A program made the translations under genes and the position numbers. Shown here piece by piece: positions 26,058 to 44,100 of a DNA stretch of 64,000 bases (position 1 is its first letter; the number at the start of each line of letters is the position of its first letter). Source of the DNA: the human T2T-CHM13v2.0 reference genome, Homo sapiens. The notes beneath the pieces are model-generated. The model did no database searches, was not told where the DNA came from, and saw nothing but the letters and a program-made list of their open reading frames with translations. The stretch lies in the NCBI RefSeq assembly GCF_009914755.1, contig NC_060932.1. One strand, 5' to 3'.

Positions 26058-26915
26058 TATTTTCTTCCTGAAGTAAATAATTTTGTAGCACTTCTTTTGC
26101 TCTGTGGAGCTGGAATTCAGATCTCTTGATGTACTGATATTACTGAGGGAGTGTGATACGGCTAATTTGGTGACTATGAAATAACTGTTAAATGGGAACC
26201 AATTGCTACTGCCAGGGTTGACTGTTTGCTGCTGCTGACAGAAACAGCAAGCACACGGGAAGGAGCAAGACCCTTTTTCTTCCTCCAGCTTTGAGTTTCT
26301 TCCAGCGCCTCCTATTAACATCTCCCAAAGCACAAATGTGGATCCAGTCCCAGCTAAAGCATTTCAAAGTGGATTTGGAGCTAAAAGGCCATAACTTAAT
26401 CACCAGCATAATAAACATCAAATGGAGGAAAAAAATAAAAGAAAAAGTTAAACCATAATAACATCAATTATTGGAGAGCATGAGGATAAACAGAAATTCC
26501 TGAACTCTGCTGGAGTTACAATATAATGTGATATAATCATGTTCAAAAACAATTTTGAAATATCTATTATAAAGTTGGAAAAGTACAAATACTATAATAC
26601 AACATAGTTCTCTGTGAATTCCTACATTCAGTTTGTATATAGGAAGGTAGAGAATGTTTATGGTGCTTTTTTTATAGTAGCAAAAAAAAAAAAAAACAGC
26701 ATAAATGACTATATGTAAGTGAAGGAATAAATAAATATTGTATTTTTATATTTTATGACACCTTAAAATAATTGAAACATACATTAATATATAAAGATTT
26801 ACATATTGTATACAGTAAGTATATATTCCTTAGAACTGCAGATTTAACTCAGTCAATTTAAGAAAAGTGCTGCCACCTAATCAATAGGCAAATCCATTTC
26901 TCATTGTGCAAATAA

Positions 26916-27236
<321 letters not shown>

Positions 27237-28699
27237 CAGGCTTACTGTTTTTTAAAATTCATAATGACATGCATCTTATGAATCACTGTAATTAATATCT
27301 GACTTCTGAAATCTAATTCTAACATAGATTCATTGAAGAGTGGATAGATATGTAGACACTCAGACAGACAGACAGATGGAATGGAAAGACGAGCATGAGT
27401 ATATCACATGCCTAAGATGAATAAGTGTTGCCCCTGTTATTATCTCATAACAAAGCCTTCCTCATTTTTTTGGTTCCTGTTACACTCTCTCAAGAGCTAT
27501 ATATTCTCCATCTGTGTCTTTGGTTGGTGCCACAGAGCTTTATACACTCCATAGAGCAGTGCACCATCCTTTGGTTTAAGGAGAATGGGAAGTGCGCATT
27601 CTTCTTTTTTTTTTTTTTTTTTTGTGAAGTGAGGTAAAGGTAATGATGAACAGAGTTGTGCCAAATAAAGAACAGACAGCAGCGTGTATTTTTAGGAGGG
27701 AATGATTTTAAGAAAGAATACATACAGAATATTTATAGAATACTTAAAAATACTTAACAGACAGTGGAAGTTTGGAAGATTATTTTTTTAAAGAACAACC
27801 CTGCCTGAATACTCTCTGGAAATCCAGTCTCTCAGAAATGGGAGTAACCTAATTCCTAGGGAATCAAGCTGATTTTAAGAAGTAATGAATTGACACTGAG
27901 AGTATCTATGGAAAGTATGAAAAAGGACACAGGAAAATAAAATGTCTCAATCAACCTGCCTTTAAAATGTTGAAATTTCAGGTGAAGTAAACAAAGCACG
28001 AGCAAAGTATAGACATTGATGCCAATGTTCCTGTATATGTTTATCTACTAAAGTGGAAGTCATTTCATCTTCAAGAGGCACTGTACATGTTTGCATGGAT
28101 ACCAGGAAATATAGATGGTAATGTTCAGAAGGCAATTCACTGGGCTAGCTGTCAAGTTACTTAACCTTTGTGTCCCTCTGTTTCCTGTTCTTCAGTAGAA
28201 TGATTTCCCTAAGGAATGAAGTGATACATTCACCCACTTTCACTCTCTGGAAGAAAAAAACTTCATCCAGGCTAATACTGAGTCTTAGAAACAATCATGC
28301 AAGCAGGCAGACCAACAAAAACCCCTCACGTTATTTCAAAACCAACACCAAAAGTTTCACATGCTTACTATGCAAAAGAGAGATTTTTGCTGCTCACACT
28401 CATATAGTTTACCCTTTACCACTGGTACACTTATAGACATGGTCAGTACCGTCATCTTAAAAGTAAGGCATGCCAACAGAATTTGTATTTTTATAACATT
28501 TTAATGATGAACACGACTTACATTATTTTTATTTGAAATATTTTTAGGTACCAGAAAGTGAAAAATTCTAAGGTTGAAAAATTAGTTAAAAGGGGATACA
28601 TAATCAGATAAAATCTCATCAGCAATTACAATATGCAAGGGAGTGTGATAGCTCAATTGGGGATTCAAAGATAAATAATGAAGAGAATCTTCATAAAAA

Positions 28700-28890
28700 T
28701 AATAGCTATTAACTATCATGGTCTTGCTCTGTGTAAGATATTTTTCTAGTGCTTTAAAATTATTCCTTACAAATAATTCTCTGATGTAGTGCTTGGAAGG
28801 GTAATATTATTGGCTCAAGCCACACAGCTAATCATTGGTAGAGGCAGGGTTTGAACCCTGAGTTTTCACCAGTATGTTATATTGCCTATA
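28700..28890 (+). mobile_element. MIR-like SINE fragment
   Basis: caagccacacagctaatcattggtagaggcagggtttgaaccc resembles the MIR core. Confidence 0.6.
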
Positions 28891-29137
28891 TCCCTATACA
28901 TGGAGAGCTTAATATAATGTTTCCTGATAAAACCAAATTCTCCAATATATTAGCAGAAATTAGTAGTAGGAATATCAAAAGATACCATCGATTCTAAATA
29001 GTAAAACATATGAACATATTTTAAAATATTTTTACTGTAAATGTTACAAAGTCAAATATAGAATTATGAAAATTATTGGTACAATATGATGGAAGAAAGG
29101 GCTGAATCAATAAACTCAAATCTTTTTGTTGTTTAAA

Positions 29138-29185
29138 GCTTTGAAACTATTCAATTATTTTGCTTTGAAACTATTCAATTATTTT
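29138..29185. repeat. Perfect 24-bp tandem duplication
   Basis: gctttgaaactattcaattatttt twice. Confidence 0.95.
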
Positions 29186-29780
29186 ATGTCAAGTTTCCTA
29201 TAGAGTCTCCTGCTAGAAATATCAAACAGAATTCTGGCCTGCAGGCATTCCATTGATACAACTGTCACTAAAATTGCAAAGACTCATTTACATTAAATAG
29301 CAGTAGAATCATAATATTCAGTAGAATTTTTCACTTTAAATGCCAACTCATGCTGAGAACTATAATTGCTTATTCAATTAATGAATACAATGAAGAAGTA
29401 AAGACTTGAAAATTTCTATTTCAGTATTAGTTTAAATGAATATTATAATTAAATATTAGTATGTATACTGAAATCCTTGCTGTTCTAAACAATACTGACA
29501 TACGGACATAGTTTTTTTTATGAAACATGAAATGGTTTGGGTAAAAGAGCTGAGAAATCAAGTTTTAGCCAAAATGATGTACATGGTGAACACATACTTT
29601 GAGAACATTCTAAGTCAAACGCATAGCAATGATAGATAAAATATTTAAAAGAGAAAGTAACTGATATAATCATACCCAACAACCCAGTAAGTATCTCCAT
29701 CAAATGTCGAACACTGTGCAATCTAATCTAATCCTGGAACTCAACTTTAAAGGTAATGACGGCTAAAAGTGATCTGCTGT

Positions 29781-29782
<2 letters not shown>

Positions 29783-29813
<31 letters not shown>
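29783..29813. repeat. (AC)n microsatellite
   Basis: About 15 AC units. Confidence 0.97.
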
Positions 29814-29818
<5 letters not shown>

Positions 29819-30269
29819 TTTAACGCATTGGTGGACTGGAACCAGGCTGCCCATTACCTAGGACCATGGGGTATGAAAGCTGTATACAACAGGAAGGTTG
29901 GAGGGAACAACATATCTTTTTTTCCACACCTGGGATCTCTGATATCTTTAATGAGAGCACAGGAAAGGCACTGTGAACTGCCGATTTAATGCCAACCCAT
30001 AGCCTGGAGACACTGAAGTAGGGTGGGATGCCAGACAAAGCCTCCTTCAAAAATGATAGAGATAGAGGAGCAAGGCTTTGCACTGAGATTCCAAAACGTA
30101 AAAATAATCTGCCACATATGTGTGTTGCAAATATGTTCTCCTACTCAGTGTTTTTTTTTTTATTATACCCAAACTTGTGGTTTTTGGTACAGTTAAACTC
30201 TTCAATAATTTCTTTATAATTTGTGCTTTCTGTGTTTTGTTTCAGAAAATTTTCCCTTCCCTATTCTAT

Positions 30270-32003
30270 TTCTGTATTGATACATAATAGATGTACACAT
30301 TTTCAGGATACATCTGATATTTAGATATATTATAATGTATAAAGATCAAATCAGGGTAACTGAGATTTCCATCACCTTAAATATTTATTTTTTATTTTTT
30401 CTTATGCTAGAAGCTTCTGAATTATTCTTTTCCAGATATTTTGAAATAGATTTTGAATAGATGATTGTTAACTATATAGTCACCCTGCTGATATACCAAA
30501 CACTAGGTATTATTTCTCCTATCTGACTGTATATTTGTACTCATTAATGAACCTCTCTTTATGCCTCCTTCCTCCCTCCTGTTCCTGGCCTCTGGTAACC
30601 ACCAATCTACTATCTTCTTAAGATCTATGTTTTTAGCTCCTACTTATAAGGGAGAACACACTATATTTGTCTTTCTTGCATGGCTTATTTCACTTAACAT
30701 AATCCTCCAGTTCCATCCATGATGCTGCAAATGAGAGGATGCCATCTTTTTATGGCTAAGTAACAGTCCAATATGTATATATATCATATTTTTTTAATTC
30801 ATTCATCAAATGATGGGCATGTAGTTTGATTCCATATTTTGGCTATTGTGAATAGTGCTGCAATAAACATGGGAGTGCAGGTATCTCTTCGATATATTGA
30901 TTCCCTTTCTTTTGGATATATACTCTGTAGCAGAACTGCTGAATCATATGGCAGTTCTATTTTCAGTTTCTTGACGAACCTCCATATTGTTTTCCATAGT
31001 GATTGTAATAGTTTACATTCCTACTAATCATGCAGGAGGGTTCCCTTTTCCCCACATATTCCTCAACATTCATTATTCCTTGTGTCTTTGATGTAAGCCA
31101 TTTTAAATGGGTTAAGATCATATATCATTATGGTTTTGATTTGCATTTATCTGATGATTAGAGATGTAGAGCATTTTTTAATAGAGCTGTTGGCCATTTC
31201 TATGACTTCTTTTGAGAAATTTCTATACAGATCTTCTACCCATTTTGTAATTGGATTATTATTTTATTGCTACTGAGTTGAGTGAGCTCCATATAAATTC
31301 TGGTTATTAATCCCTTGTCAGATGGATAGTTTGCAAATATTTTCTCCCATTCTTTGGTTTGTCTCTTCCCCTTGTTGTTTCCACTGCTTTGCAGAAGCTT
31401 TTTAGCTTGATGTAATTCCATTTGTCTATTTTTGCTTAAGTTACATGGGGGTTTTCAGGTCTTACACAAAAATCTGTCCAGACCAGTGTCCTGGAGCATT
31501 TCCCCATTGTTTTCTTCTAGGAGTTTCAGAGTTTCAGGCTTTAGATTCAAGCCTTTAATCTGTTTTGATTTGATTTTTATATATGAAGAGATATATGGGT
31601 CTAGTTTCATTCTTCTGCATAAGGTTATCCAGTTTTCTCAGCACCCCTTATTGAAGAGGGGGTTATTTCCCTAATGCATGTTTCTGTCAGCTTTGTTGAA
31701 GATCAGTTAGCTGTAAATACATGGATTTATTTCTGGGCTCTCTATTCTGTGCTATTGGTGTATGGGTCTATTTTTATACCATGTTGTTTTCGTTACTATA
31801 GACTTGTAATATATTTGGAAATTAGGTAGTGTGATGCCTCCAGCTTTGTTCTTTTTGCTCAGGATGCTTTGGCTATTCTAGTTCTTTTTTGGCTCCATAC
31901 ACATTTTAGGTTTTTTTTTTTCATATTTCCTTGAAAATGACTTGGTATTTGACAGTGATTCTATTGAAACTGTAGATTGCTTTGGGCAGTATGGTCTTTT
32001 AAC
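30270..32003 (-). mobile_element. L1MA-type 3'UTR and ORF2 C-terminal part
   Basis: Antisense ORF2 remnants (EWEKIFANYPSDKGLITRIY) and L1MA 3' end; stops at VK..ILPKAIY. Confidence 0.85.
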
Positions 32004-32104
32004 TATACACACACACACATACATATGTCTATATATGTGTATAGACACACATATATATACATAGTTCATATATATTTATATATAGTTTACATATATAAAA
32101 TATA
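32004..32104. repeat. (CA)/(TA) low-complexity tract
   Basis: tatacacacacacacatacatatg...atatataaaatata. Confidence 0.85.
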
Positions 32105-32643
32105 TTTATTTGACAAACATTTCTTTTACACATAATATACAAATATACTATAATAGAGAATAAAGATTTTAAAATGAGCAAAATGTAGTGTTCATCCTTA
32201 AAAAAGTCATAATTTACAGTTGGATGGAGGCTGGAAAAATACAGACAATAACAATATGTTATATAAATAAATGTTATTATAGAGTTATGTTCCTCAAACT
32301 TTTTTCACTCTTGTCTCCTAAAGGAAATATTATTTTTAATTTTTTTATTTTTATGGATTTAGGGGTATAACTGCAGTTGTGTTACATGGATATATTGCTT
32401 AGTGGTGAAGTATGGGCCCCGCCTAGCTTGGTCACCCTCTAGAGGCTGAGCTGCGAGCTCAGACCTTGGTGCATTCCACAGGACAGCCCATCGCCTGAGG
32501 CAGCAGAGGACTTCCAACCATAAATAAAGATCCAGCTCCAGCGTTATGTCCATCTACATTGGCTTCAGCTGGCTTTTATCCCTAAGTGCCTCCTATAGGC
32601 CTGGAGGTTGAACTGCACAACCCAATAGAAAATCTGTTGACAC

Positions 32644-33549
32644 GGAGGAGGACCCAAGATGGCTGAATAGGAACAGCTCCGGTCTACAGCTCCCAGCGTG
32701 AACGACGCAGAAGACGGGTGATTTCTGCATTTCCATCTGAGGTACCGGGTTCATCTTGCTAGGGAGTGCCAGACAGTGGGCGCAGGCCAGTGTGTGTGCG
32801 CACTGTGCGCGAGCCGAAGCAGGGCGAGGCATTGCCTCACCTGGGAAGCGCAAGGGGTCAGGGAGTTCCCTTTCCGAGTCAAAGAAAGGGGTGACGGACG
32901 CACCTGGAAAATCAGGTCACTCCCACCCGAATATTGCGCTTTTCAGACCGGCTTAAGAAACGGCGCACCACGAGACTATATCCCACACCTGGCTCGGAGG
33001 GACCTACGCCCACAGAATCTCGCTGATTGCTAGCACAGCAGTCTGAGATCAAACTGCAGGGCGGCAACGAGGCTGGGGGAGGGGCGCCCGCCATTGCCCA
33101 GGCTTGCTTAGGTAAACAAAGCAGCCGGGAAGCTCCAACTGGGTGGAGCCCACCACAGCTGAAGGAGGCCTGCCTGCCTCTGTAGGCTCCACCTCTGGGG
33201 GCAGGGCACAGACAAACAAAAAGACAGCAGTAACCTCTGCAGACTTAAGTGTCCCTGTCTGACAGCTTTGAAGAGAACAGTGGTTCTCCCAGCACGCAGC
33301 TGGAGATCTGAGAACGGGCAGACTGCCTCCTCAAGTGGGTCCCTGACCCCTGACCCCCGAGCAGCCTAACTGGGAGGCACCCCCCAGCAGGGGCACACTG
33401 ACACCTCACACGGCAGGGTATTCCAACAGACCTGCAGCTGAGGGTCCTGTCTGTTAGAAGGAAAACTAACAACCAGAAAGGACATCTACACCGAAAACCC
33501 ATCTGTACATCACCATCATCAAAGACCAAAAGTAGATAAAACCACAAAG
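32644..33549 (+). promoter_or_regulatory. L1 5'UTR internal sense and antisense promoter (CpG-rich, YY1 site)
   Basis: YY1 core caagatggc at 32655-32663 (following CG decayed to TG); many CpGs retained. Confidence 0.85.
32912..33094 (-). pseudogene. ORF0: L1 ORF0 truncated to 60 aa (R61*)
   Basis: MAGAPPPASLPPCSLISDCCASNQRDS...IRVGVT* matches primate ORF0 (71 aa); CGA>TGA at codon 61. Confidence 0.85.
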
Positions 33550-34566
33550 ATGGGGAAAAAACAGAACAGAAAAACTGGAAACTCTAAAACGCAGAGCGCC
33601 TCTCCTCCTCCAAAGGAACGCAGTTCCTCACCAGCAACAGAACAAAGCTGGATGGAGAATAATTTTGACAAGCTGAGAGAAGAAGGCTTCAGACGATGAA
33701 ATTACTCTGAGCTACGGGAGGACATTCAAACCAAAGGCAAAGAAGTTGAAAACTTTGAAAAAAATTTAGAAGAATGTATAACTAGAATAACCAATACAGA
33801 GAAGTGCTTAAAGGAGCTGATGGAGCTGAAAACCAAGGCTCGAGAACTACGTGAAGAATGCAGAAGCCTCAGGAGCCAATGCGATCAGCTGGAAGAAAGG
33901 GTATCAGCAATGGAAGATGAAATGAATGAAATGAAGCGAGAAGGGAAGTTTAGAGAAAAAAGAATAAAAAGAAATGAGCAAAGCCTCCAAGAAATATGGG
34001 ACTATGTGAAAAGACCAAATCTACGTCTGATTGGTGTACCTGAAAGTGATGTGGAGAATGGAACCAAGTTGGAAAACACTCTGCAGGATATTATCCAGGA
34101 GAACTTCCCCAATCTAGCAAGGCAGGCCAACGTTCAGATTCAGGAAATACAGAGAATGCCACAAAGATACTCCTCGAGAAGAGCAACTCCAAGACACATA
34201 ATTGTCAGATTCACCGAAGTTGAAATGAAGGAAAAAATGTTAAGGGCAGCCAGAGAGAAAGGTCGGGTTACCCTCAAAGGAAAGCCCATCAGACTAACAG
34301 CGGATCTCTCGGCAGAAACTCTACAAGCCAGAAGAGAGTGGGGGCCAATATTCAACATTCTTAAAGAAAAGAATTTTCAACCCAGAATTTCATATCCAGC
34401 CAAACTAAGCTTCATAAGTGAAGGAGAAATAAAATACTTTATAGACAAGCAAATGCTGAGAGATTTTGTCACCACCAGGCCTGCCCTAAAAGAGCTCCTG
34501 AAGGAAGCACTAAACATGGAAAGGAACAACCGGTACCAGCCGCTGCAAAATCATGCCAAAATGTAA
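33550..34566 (+). pseudogene. ORF1: L1 ORF1p (338 codons) with premature stop at codon 50
   Basis: ATG at 33550 (MGKKQNRK); TGA at 33697-33699 where consensus has Ser TCA; remainder open (track ORF 33820-34566). Confidence 0.93.
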
Positions 34567-34605
34567 AGACCATCGAGACTAGGAAGAAACTGCATCAACT
34601 AATGA

Positions 34606-38457
<3,852 letters not shown>

Positions 38458-38833
38458 ACAATGAGATCACATGGACACAGGAAGGGGAATATCACACTCT
38501 GGGGACTGTGGTGGGGTCGGGGGAGGGGGGAGGGATAGCATTGGGAGATATACCTAATGCTAGATGACACGTTAGTGGGTGCAGCGCACCAGCATGGCAC
38601 ATGTATACATATGTAACTAACCTGCACAATGTGCACATGTACCCTAAAACTTAGAGTATAATAAAAATAAAAAAAAATAAAAAAAAAAAAAAAAGAAAAT
38701 CTGTTGACACAAGTGCACAGCATTAGGGAATGTACATTTCAACAATTATTCTTCTGATCTATGAGCATGGGATGTCTTTTCATTTGTGTGTGTCCACTTC
38801 AATTTCTTTCATCAGTATTTTGTAGTTTTTCTT

Positions 38834-40262
38834 TATTTCTTTATTTAGTTATTTTTTAATTATACTTTAAGTTTTAGGGTACATGTGCACAACATGTAGG
38901 TTAGTTACATATGTATACATGTGCCATGTTGGTGTGCTACACCCATTAACTCGTCATTTAACATTAGGTATATCTCCTAATGCTATCCCTCCCTCCTCCC
39001 ACCCCACAACAGTCCCCAGTGTGTGATGTTCCCCTTCCTGTGTCCATGTGTTCTCATTATTCAACTCCCACCTATGAGTGAGAACATGTGGTGTTTGGTT
39101 TTTTGTCCTTGCGATAGTTTGCTGAGAATGATGGTTTCCAGCTTCATCCATGTCCCTACAAAGGACATGAACTCATCATTTTTTATGGCTGCATAGTATT
39201 CCATGGTGTGTATGTGCCACATTTTCTTAATCCAGTCTATCATTGTTGGATATTTGGCTTGGTTCCAAGTCTTTGCTATTATGAATAGTGCCACAATAAA
39301 CATACGTGTGCATGTGTCTTTATAGCAGCATGATTTATAATCCTTTGTGTATATACCCAGTAATGGGATTGCTGGGTCAAATGGTATTTCTAGTTCTAGA
39401 TCCCTGAGGAATCGCCACACTGACTTCCACAAGGGTTGAACTAGTTTACAGTCCCACCAACAGTGTAAAAGTGTTCCTATTTCTCCACATCCTCTCCAGC
39501 ACCTGTTGTTTCCTGACTTTTTAATGATCACCATTCTAACTGGTGTGAGATGGTATCTCATTGTGGTATTGATTTGCTTTTCTCTGATGGCCACTGATGA
39601 TGAGCATTTTTTCATGTGTCTTTTGGCTGCATAAATGTCTTCTTTTGAGAAGTGTCTGTTCATATCCTTTGCCCATTTGTTGATGGGCTTGTTTTTTTTT
39701 TTTTTTTTTCTTGTAAATTTGTTTTGGTTCATTGTAGATTCTGGATATTAGCCCTTTGTCAGTGAGTAGATTGCAAAAATTTTCTCCCATTCTGTAGGTT
39801 GCCTGTTCGCTCTGATGGTAGTTTCTTTTGCTGTGCAGAAGCTCTTTAGTTTAATTAGATCCCATTTGTCAATTTTGGCTTTTGTTGCCATTGCTTTTGG
39901 TGTTTTAGACATGAAGTCCTTGCCCATGCCTATTTCCTGAATGGTATTGCCTAGGTTTTCTTCTAGGGTTTTTATGGTTTTAGGTCTAACATTTAAGTCT
40001 TTAATCCATCTTGAATTAATTTTTGTATAAGGTGAAAGGAAGGGATCCAGTTTCAGCTTTCTACATGTGGCTAACCAGTTTTCCCAGCACCATTTATTAA
40101 ATAGGGAATCATTTCCCCATTTCTTGTTTTTGTCAGGTTTGTCAAAGATCAGATGGTTGTAGATATGTGGCATTATTTCTGAGGGCTCTGTTCTGTTCCA
40201 TTGATCTATATCTCTGTTTTGGTACCAGTACCATGCTGTTTTGGTTACCGTAGCCTTGTAGT
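38834..40262 (-). mobile_element. 5'-truncated L1PA (about PA3-PA5), 1.4 kb
   Basis: ORF2 C-terminus with frameshifts, 3'UTR with GAG-type diagnostic; 14-bp TSD ttgtagtttttctt (38820-38833, 40256-40269) overlapping the 5' junction by microhomology. Confidence 0.93.
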
Positions 40263-40871
40263 TTTTCTTGTAGAAATATTTCACCTCCTTGGTTCATTCC
40301 TAGATATTTTATATTTTTTGTAGCGATTGTAAATGGCATTGCCTTTTTGATTTCTTTCTCAGCTATTTCATCACTGATATATTGAAACACTACTGATTTT
40401 TATATGTTGATTTTTATATGTTGATTTTGCTTACCAGTTCTAACAGATTTTGGGTTGAGTCTTTAGAGTTTTCCAAATATAAGATCATGCCATCTGCGAA
40501 AAAAGATAATTTGACTTCTTCCTTTCTAATTTGGATGCCCTTTATTTCTTTCTCTTGTCTGATAGCTCTAGCGAGGACTTCCATTACTATGTTGAATAAA
40601 ACTGGTGAGTGCATAACTTTATCTTATTCCAGATCTCTGAGAAAAGGCTTTCCATTTTCTCCCACTCAGTATGATGTTTGCTATGGCTTTGTCATATATA
40701 GTCTTTCTTAATTTGAGGTCTGTTCCTCTATACCCAGTTTTTTATCAACTGTCTTTTCATCGTCTATTAAAATAATCACATGATTTTTGTTCCTGGTTTT
40801 GTTAATGTATCATTGATTTGCATATGTTGAACCAGCCTTGCATCCTGGGGGTAAATCTCCCTTGATCATAG

Positions 40872-41169
<298 letters not shown>

Positions 41170-44100
41170 TATATAATCTTTTTGATGAGCTCCTGGATTT
41201 GGTTTGTTGGTATTTTGTTGAGGATTTTTGCATGTACCTTCATCAGTGATATTGGTCCATAGTTTTCTTTTTTTTGCATGTATCCTTGTCTGGTTTAGTA
41301 TCTGTGTTATGCTGGCCTTAACTAATGAGTTTGGATTTATACTTTCCTTTTTAATTTTTTTGAAGAGTTTTAGTAGAATTGATATTAGGTCTTCTTTAAA
41401 TGTTTGGTAGAATTCAGCAGTGAAGCTATCGGGTCCTAAGATGTTTTTGATGGGATACTTTTTTTATGGCTTTGATCTTGATACTTGTTATTAGTTAGTC
41501 GAAGTTTTCTATTTCTTCATGGTTCAGCCTTGGTCGGCTCTATGTGTCTAGGAATGTATCCATTTCTTTTAGGCTTTCCAATTGGTTAGTATATAGTTTT
41601 TCTAACAGATTCTAATGATTTCGGTTTTCTTTTTGTTTGAATTGTTATGTCTTCATTTTTTGTTTCTGATTTTCTCTATTTGAGCCTTCTGTCTTTTTTT
41701 CCCCATAGTCTAGCTAAAGGCTATCAATTATGCTTATCTTTTCTAAAAGCCAACTTTTCATTTTGTTGATCTTCTGTGCTGTTATATTAGTCTCATTCAT
41801 TTCTGTTCTTATCTTTAATATTTTTATATTGCTTATGTCTTAACAAGTTGCTTTAGTTATTGTTGTTCTTGAAATATTTGTCTTTTGGGCTAGAGATATG
41901 AGTGGAAGCCACACACAATTACAGTATTAGAGTATTTTGGATTTGTCTGCATACTTAATTATATCATTTAATCTTACAACCTCAGTTGTTCTTTTTGCAT
42001 GTTTGTGTTTTTATTTTCAGATCGAAGAACTGCATTTAGCATTGCTTTATAAGATGGTTTTGGTGGTGGTGAATTCTCTCAGCTTTTGTTTGTTTGGGAA
42101 AGTCTTCATGTATCTTTTATATTTGAAGGATTATATTGCTGGATATGATATTCTTAGATGGCAGATATTTTTCTTTCCATGCTGTGAAAACGTTATCCCA
42201 CTGCCTCTTGGCCTGTATGGTTTGCAATGAGAACTCTGTTTCTGGATAAATTGGAGCTCCTTTATATGATATTTGCTTCTTTCCTCTTGCCACTTTTAGG
42301 ATCCTCTCTTTGTGCTTAACCTTTGAGAGTTTGACTATTAGATGCCTTGGGGTAGTCTTATACGGGTCCAACTTATTCAATGTTCTTTGACCTTCTTGTA
42401 CCTGGTTATTTACAGTTTTCTTAAGTTTTATAAAGATTTTTGTCATTATTTGTTTTAATAAACTTTCTATACATTGCTTTTGCTCAGCCACCTCTTGAAC
42501 AGCAATAATGTTTAGATTTGATCTGTTGACATAATTTTATATATCTTGTAGGTAGTGCTTGTTTCTTCTCATTCTTTTTTTTTTCTTCTCCTCTGACTGT
42601 ATATTTTCAAAAAGCCTGTATTTTGGCTTATGAATTCTTTCCTCACCTTGATATGATCTGCTGTTGAGTGCCTTTAAAAAAATGTTTCAGTTCAGCAAAG
42701 GTGTTTTTCAGTTCCAAGATTTCTGTTTGTTTATTTTTGTTATTTCAATCTCTTTGTTGCATTTCTCTGATCCAAATTGCTTTTCTGTATTATCTAGGAG
42801 ATCACTGAGTTTCTTAGAAATGCTATTGTGAATTCTTAGAGAGCTCACATACCGCCATCTCATTAGGGGTCAGTTACTGGTTCCTTGCTTCGTCTGTTTG
42901 GGGCACTCATTATTTCTTATTTGCTATGTGGATGTGCATCTGTGTATTTGCATTGAATGATTATTTATTTATTCCAGTCCTCTCTGTGTGGCTTGTTTTG
43001 GTTTTTATTGGATATGTTTGACTAGAATTTTTTTGTAATTCACCTGTTGATTTTTTTCCCCCACTAGGTTACTGCTCCTTTTTGGCACTGGATAATGCCT
43101 TAGTCCCAGGCGTGACTTAGCTCTAGCAGACAAAATAGGGCTGCCTGTGTAGAATAGGAGAGGCTTCAAAGGGAATATACAGCAGTATGGAAAGGTTGTC
43201 TAGGGATTTGTGCCTAGGGATCTTGTGGAATGTAATTCCTGCAGTGTAGTGTTGCCGAACAACTACTGTGATTTGGCATCTCCTTTAGCCAAGTTAAAGA
43301 ACAGCTTCTAGGGCTGGAGTTAGTAGTCCTACCTCCCTCCTTTGTTTCTGACTGCCCTTAGGACTATTTCTCCCTTCAAGCACTCACAATACTTCCCTTG
43401 GGTTAAGGCAGGAACATATCTCCTGCCAGGGAACTCAAAATCGTAGGGAAGATGGTTGTTCACCTTGATCTCATTATTTCCAGTATAGAAATCATGACAT
43501 GAGGGAATTTTCTACACGCTTGGTACCAGTAGATTAGAAGAAGGCACATCACAGAAATGGAAGATTGATTCTTTTATCAGAGATTTTTCATTTCTCTATT
43601 GTCCTGGGAGCTGTCTCATCCTCATATTTGAGTTCTGGGATATTGCTGGTCATAACCTGGGTGCTGTATATTTGCTTTTCTTTTGGTAGAAGTAAAGCCA
43701 GCTTGCTTCTGCACTTCCATTTTGAAACCAGAAGTTCCCTGCCCTACTCTAATATGTTTTACACATAGAAATAAACCCACCTACCGTGCCATATAAACGA
43801 TGTAAAGAAAGTAATGACTAAAAAATCAAACTATTGGGGGTGTGGGGAGAGATTTTAGAACTTTTAGATAGTTCAGCAGTTAGATAATCACTTCTTGCAT
43901 AATTGGGATATGACTCAACATTTGAAAAAAAAAAAGTGTAGACTATTTTCTCTTCAGGATACAGATGGCTAGCTAAAGGGCACCAAAACCATGCACTTAC
44001 ATCAACCTTTCCTGTATATAATTTACCTTTTAGAACAATTTCAGTTTCTGTCCTTTCTAATATGAAAATTCAAAAATAAATTACAGTTACTACCTATTTA

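Noticed and set aside
33820-34566. 248-aa ORF as a standalone gene
   Set aside because: It is the part of L1 ORF1 downstream of the codon-50 stop, starting at an internal Met
39748-40284. 178-aa ORF with an unusual N-terminus (MKYFYKKN)
   Set aside because: Chance read-through across the junction of the L1PA insertion and its older L1 host
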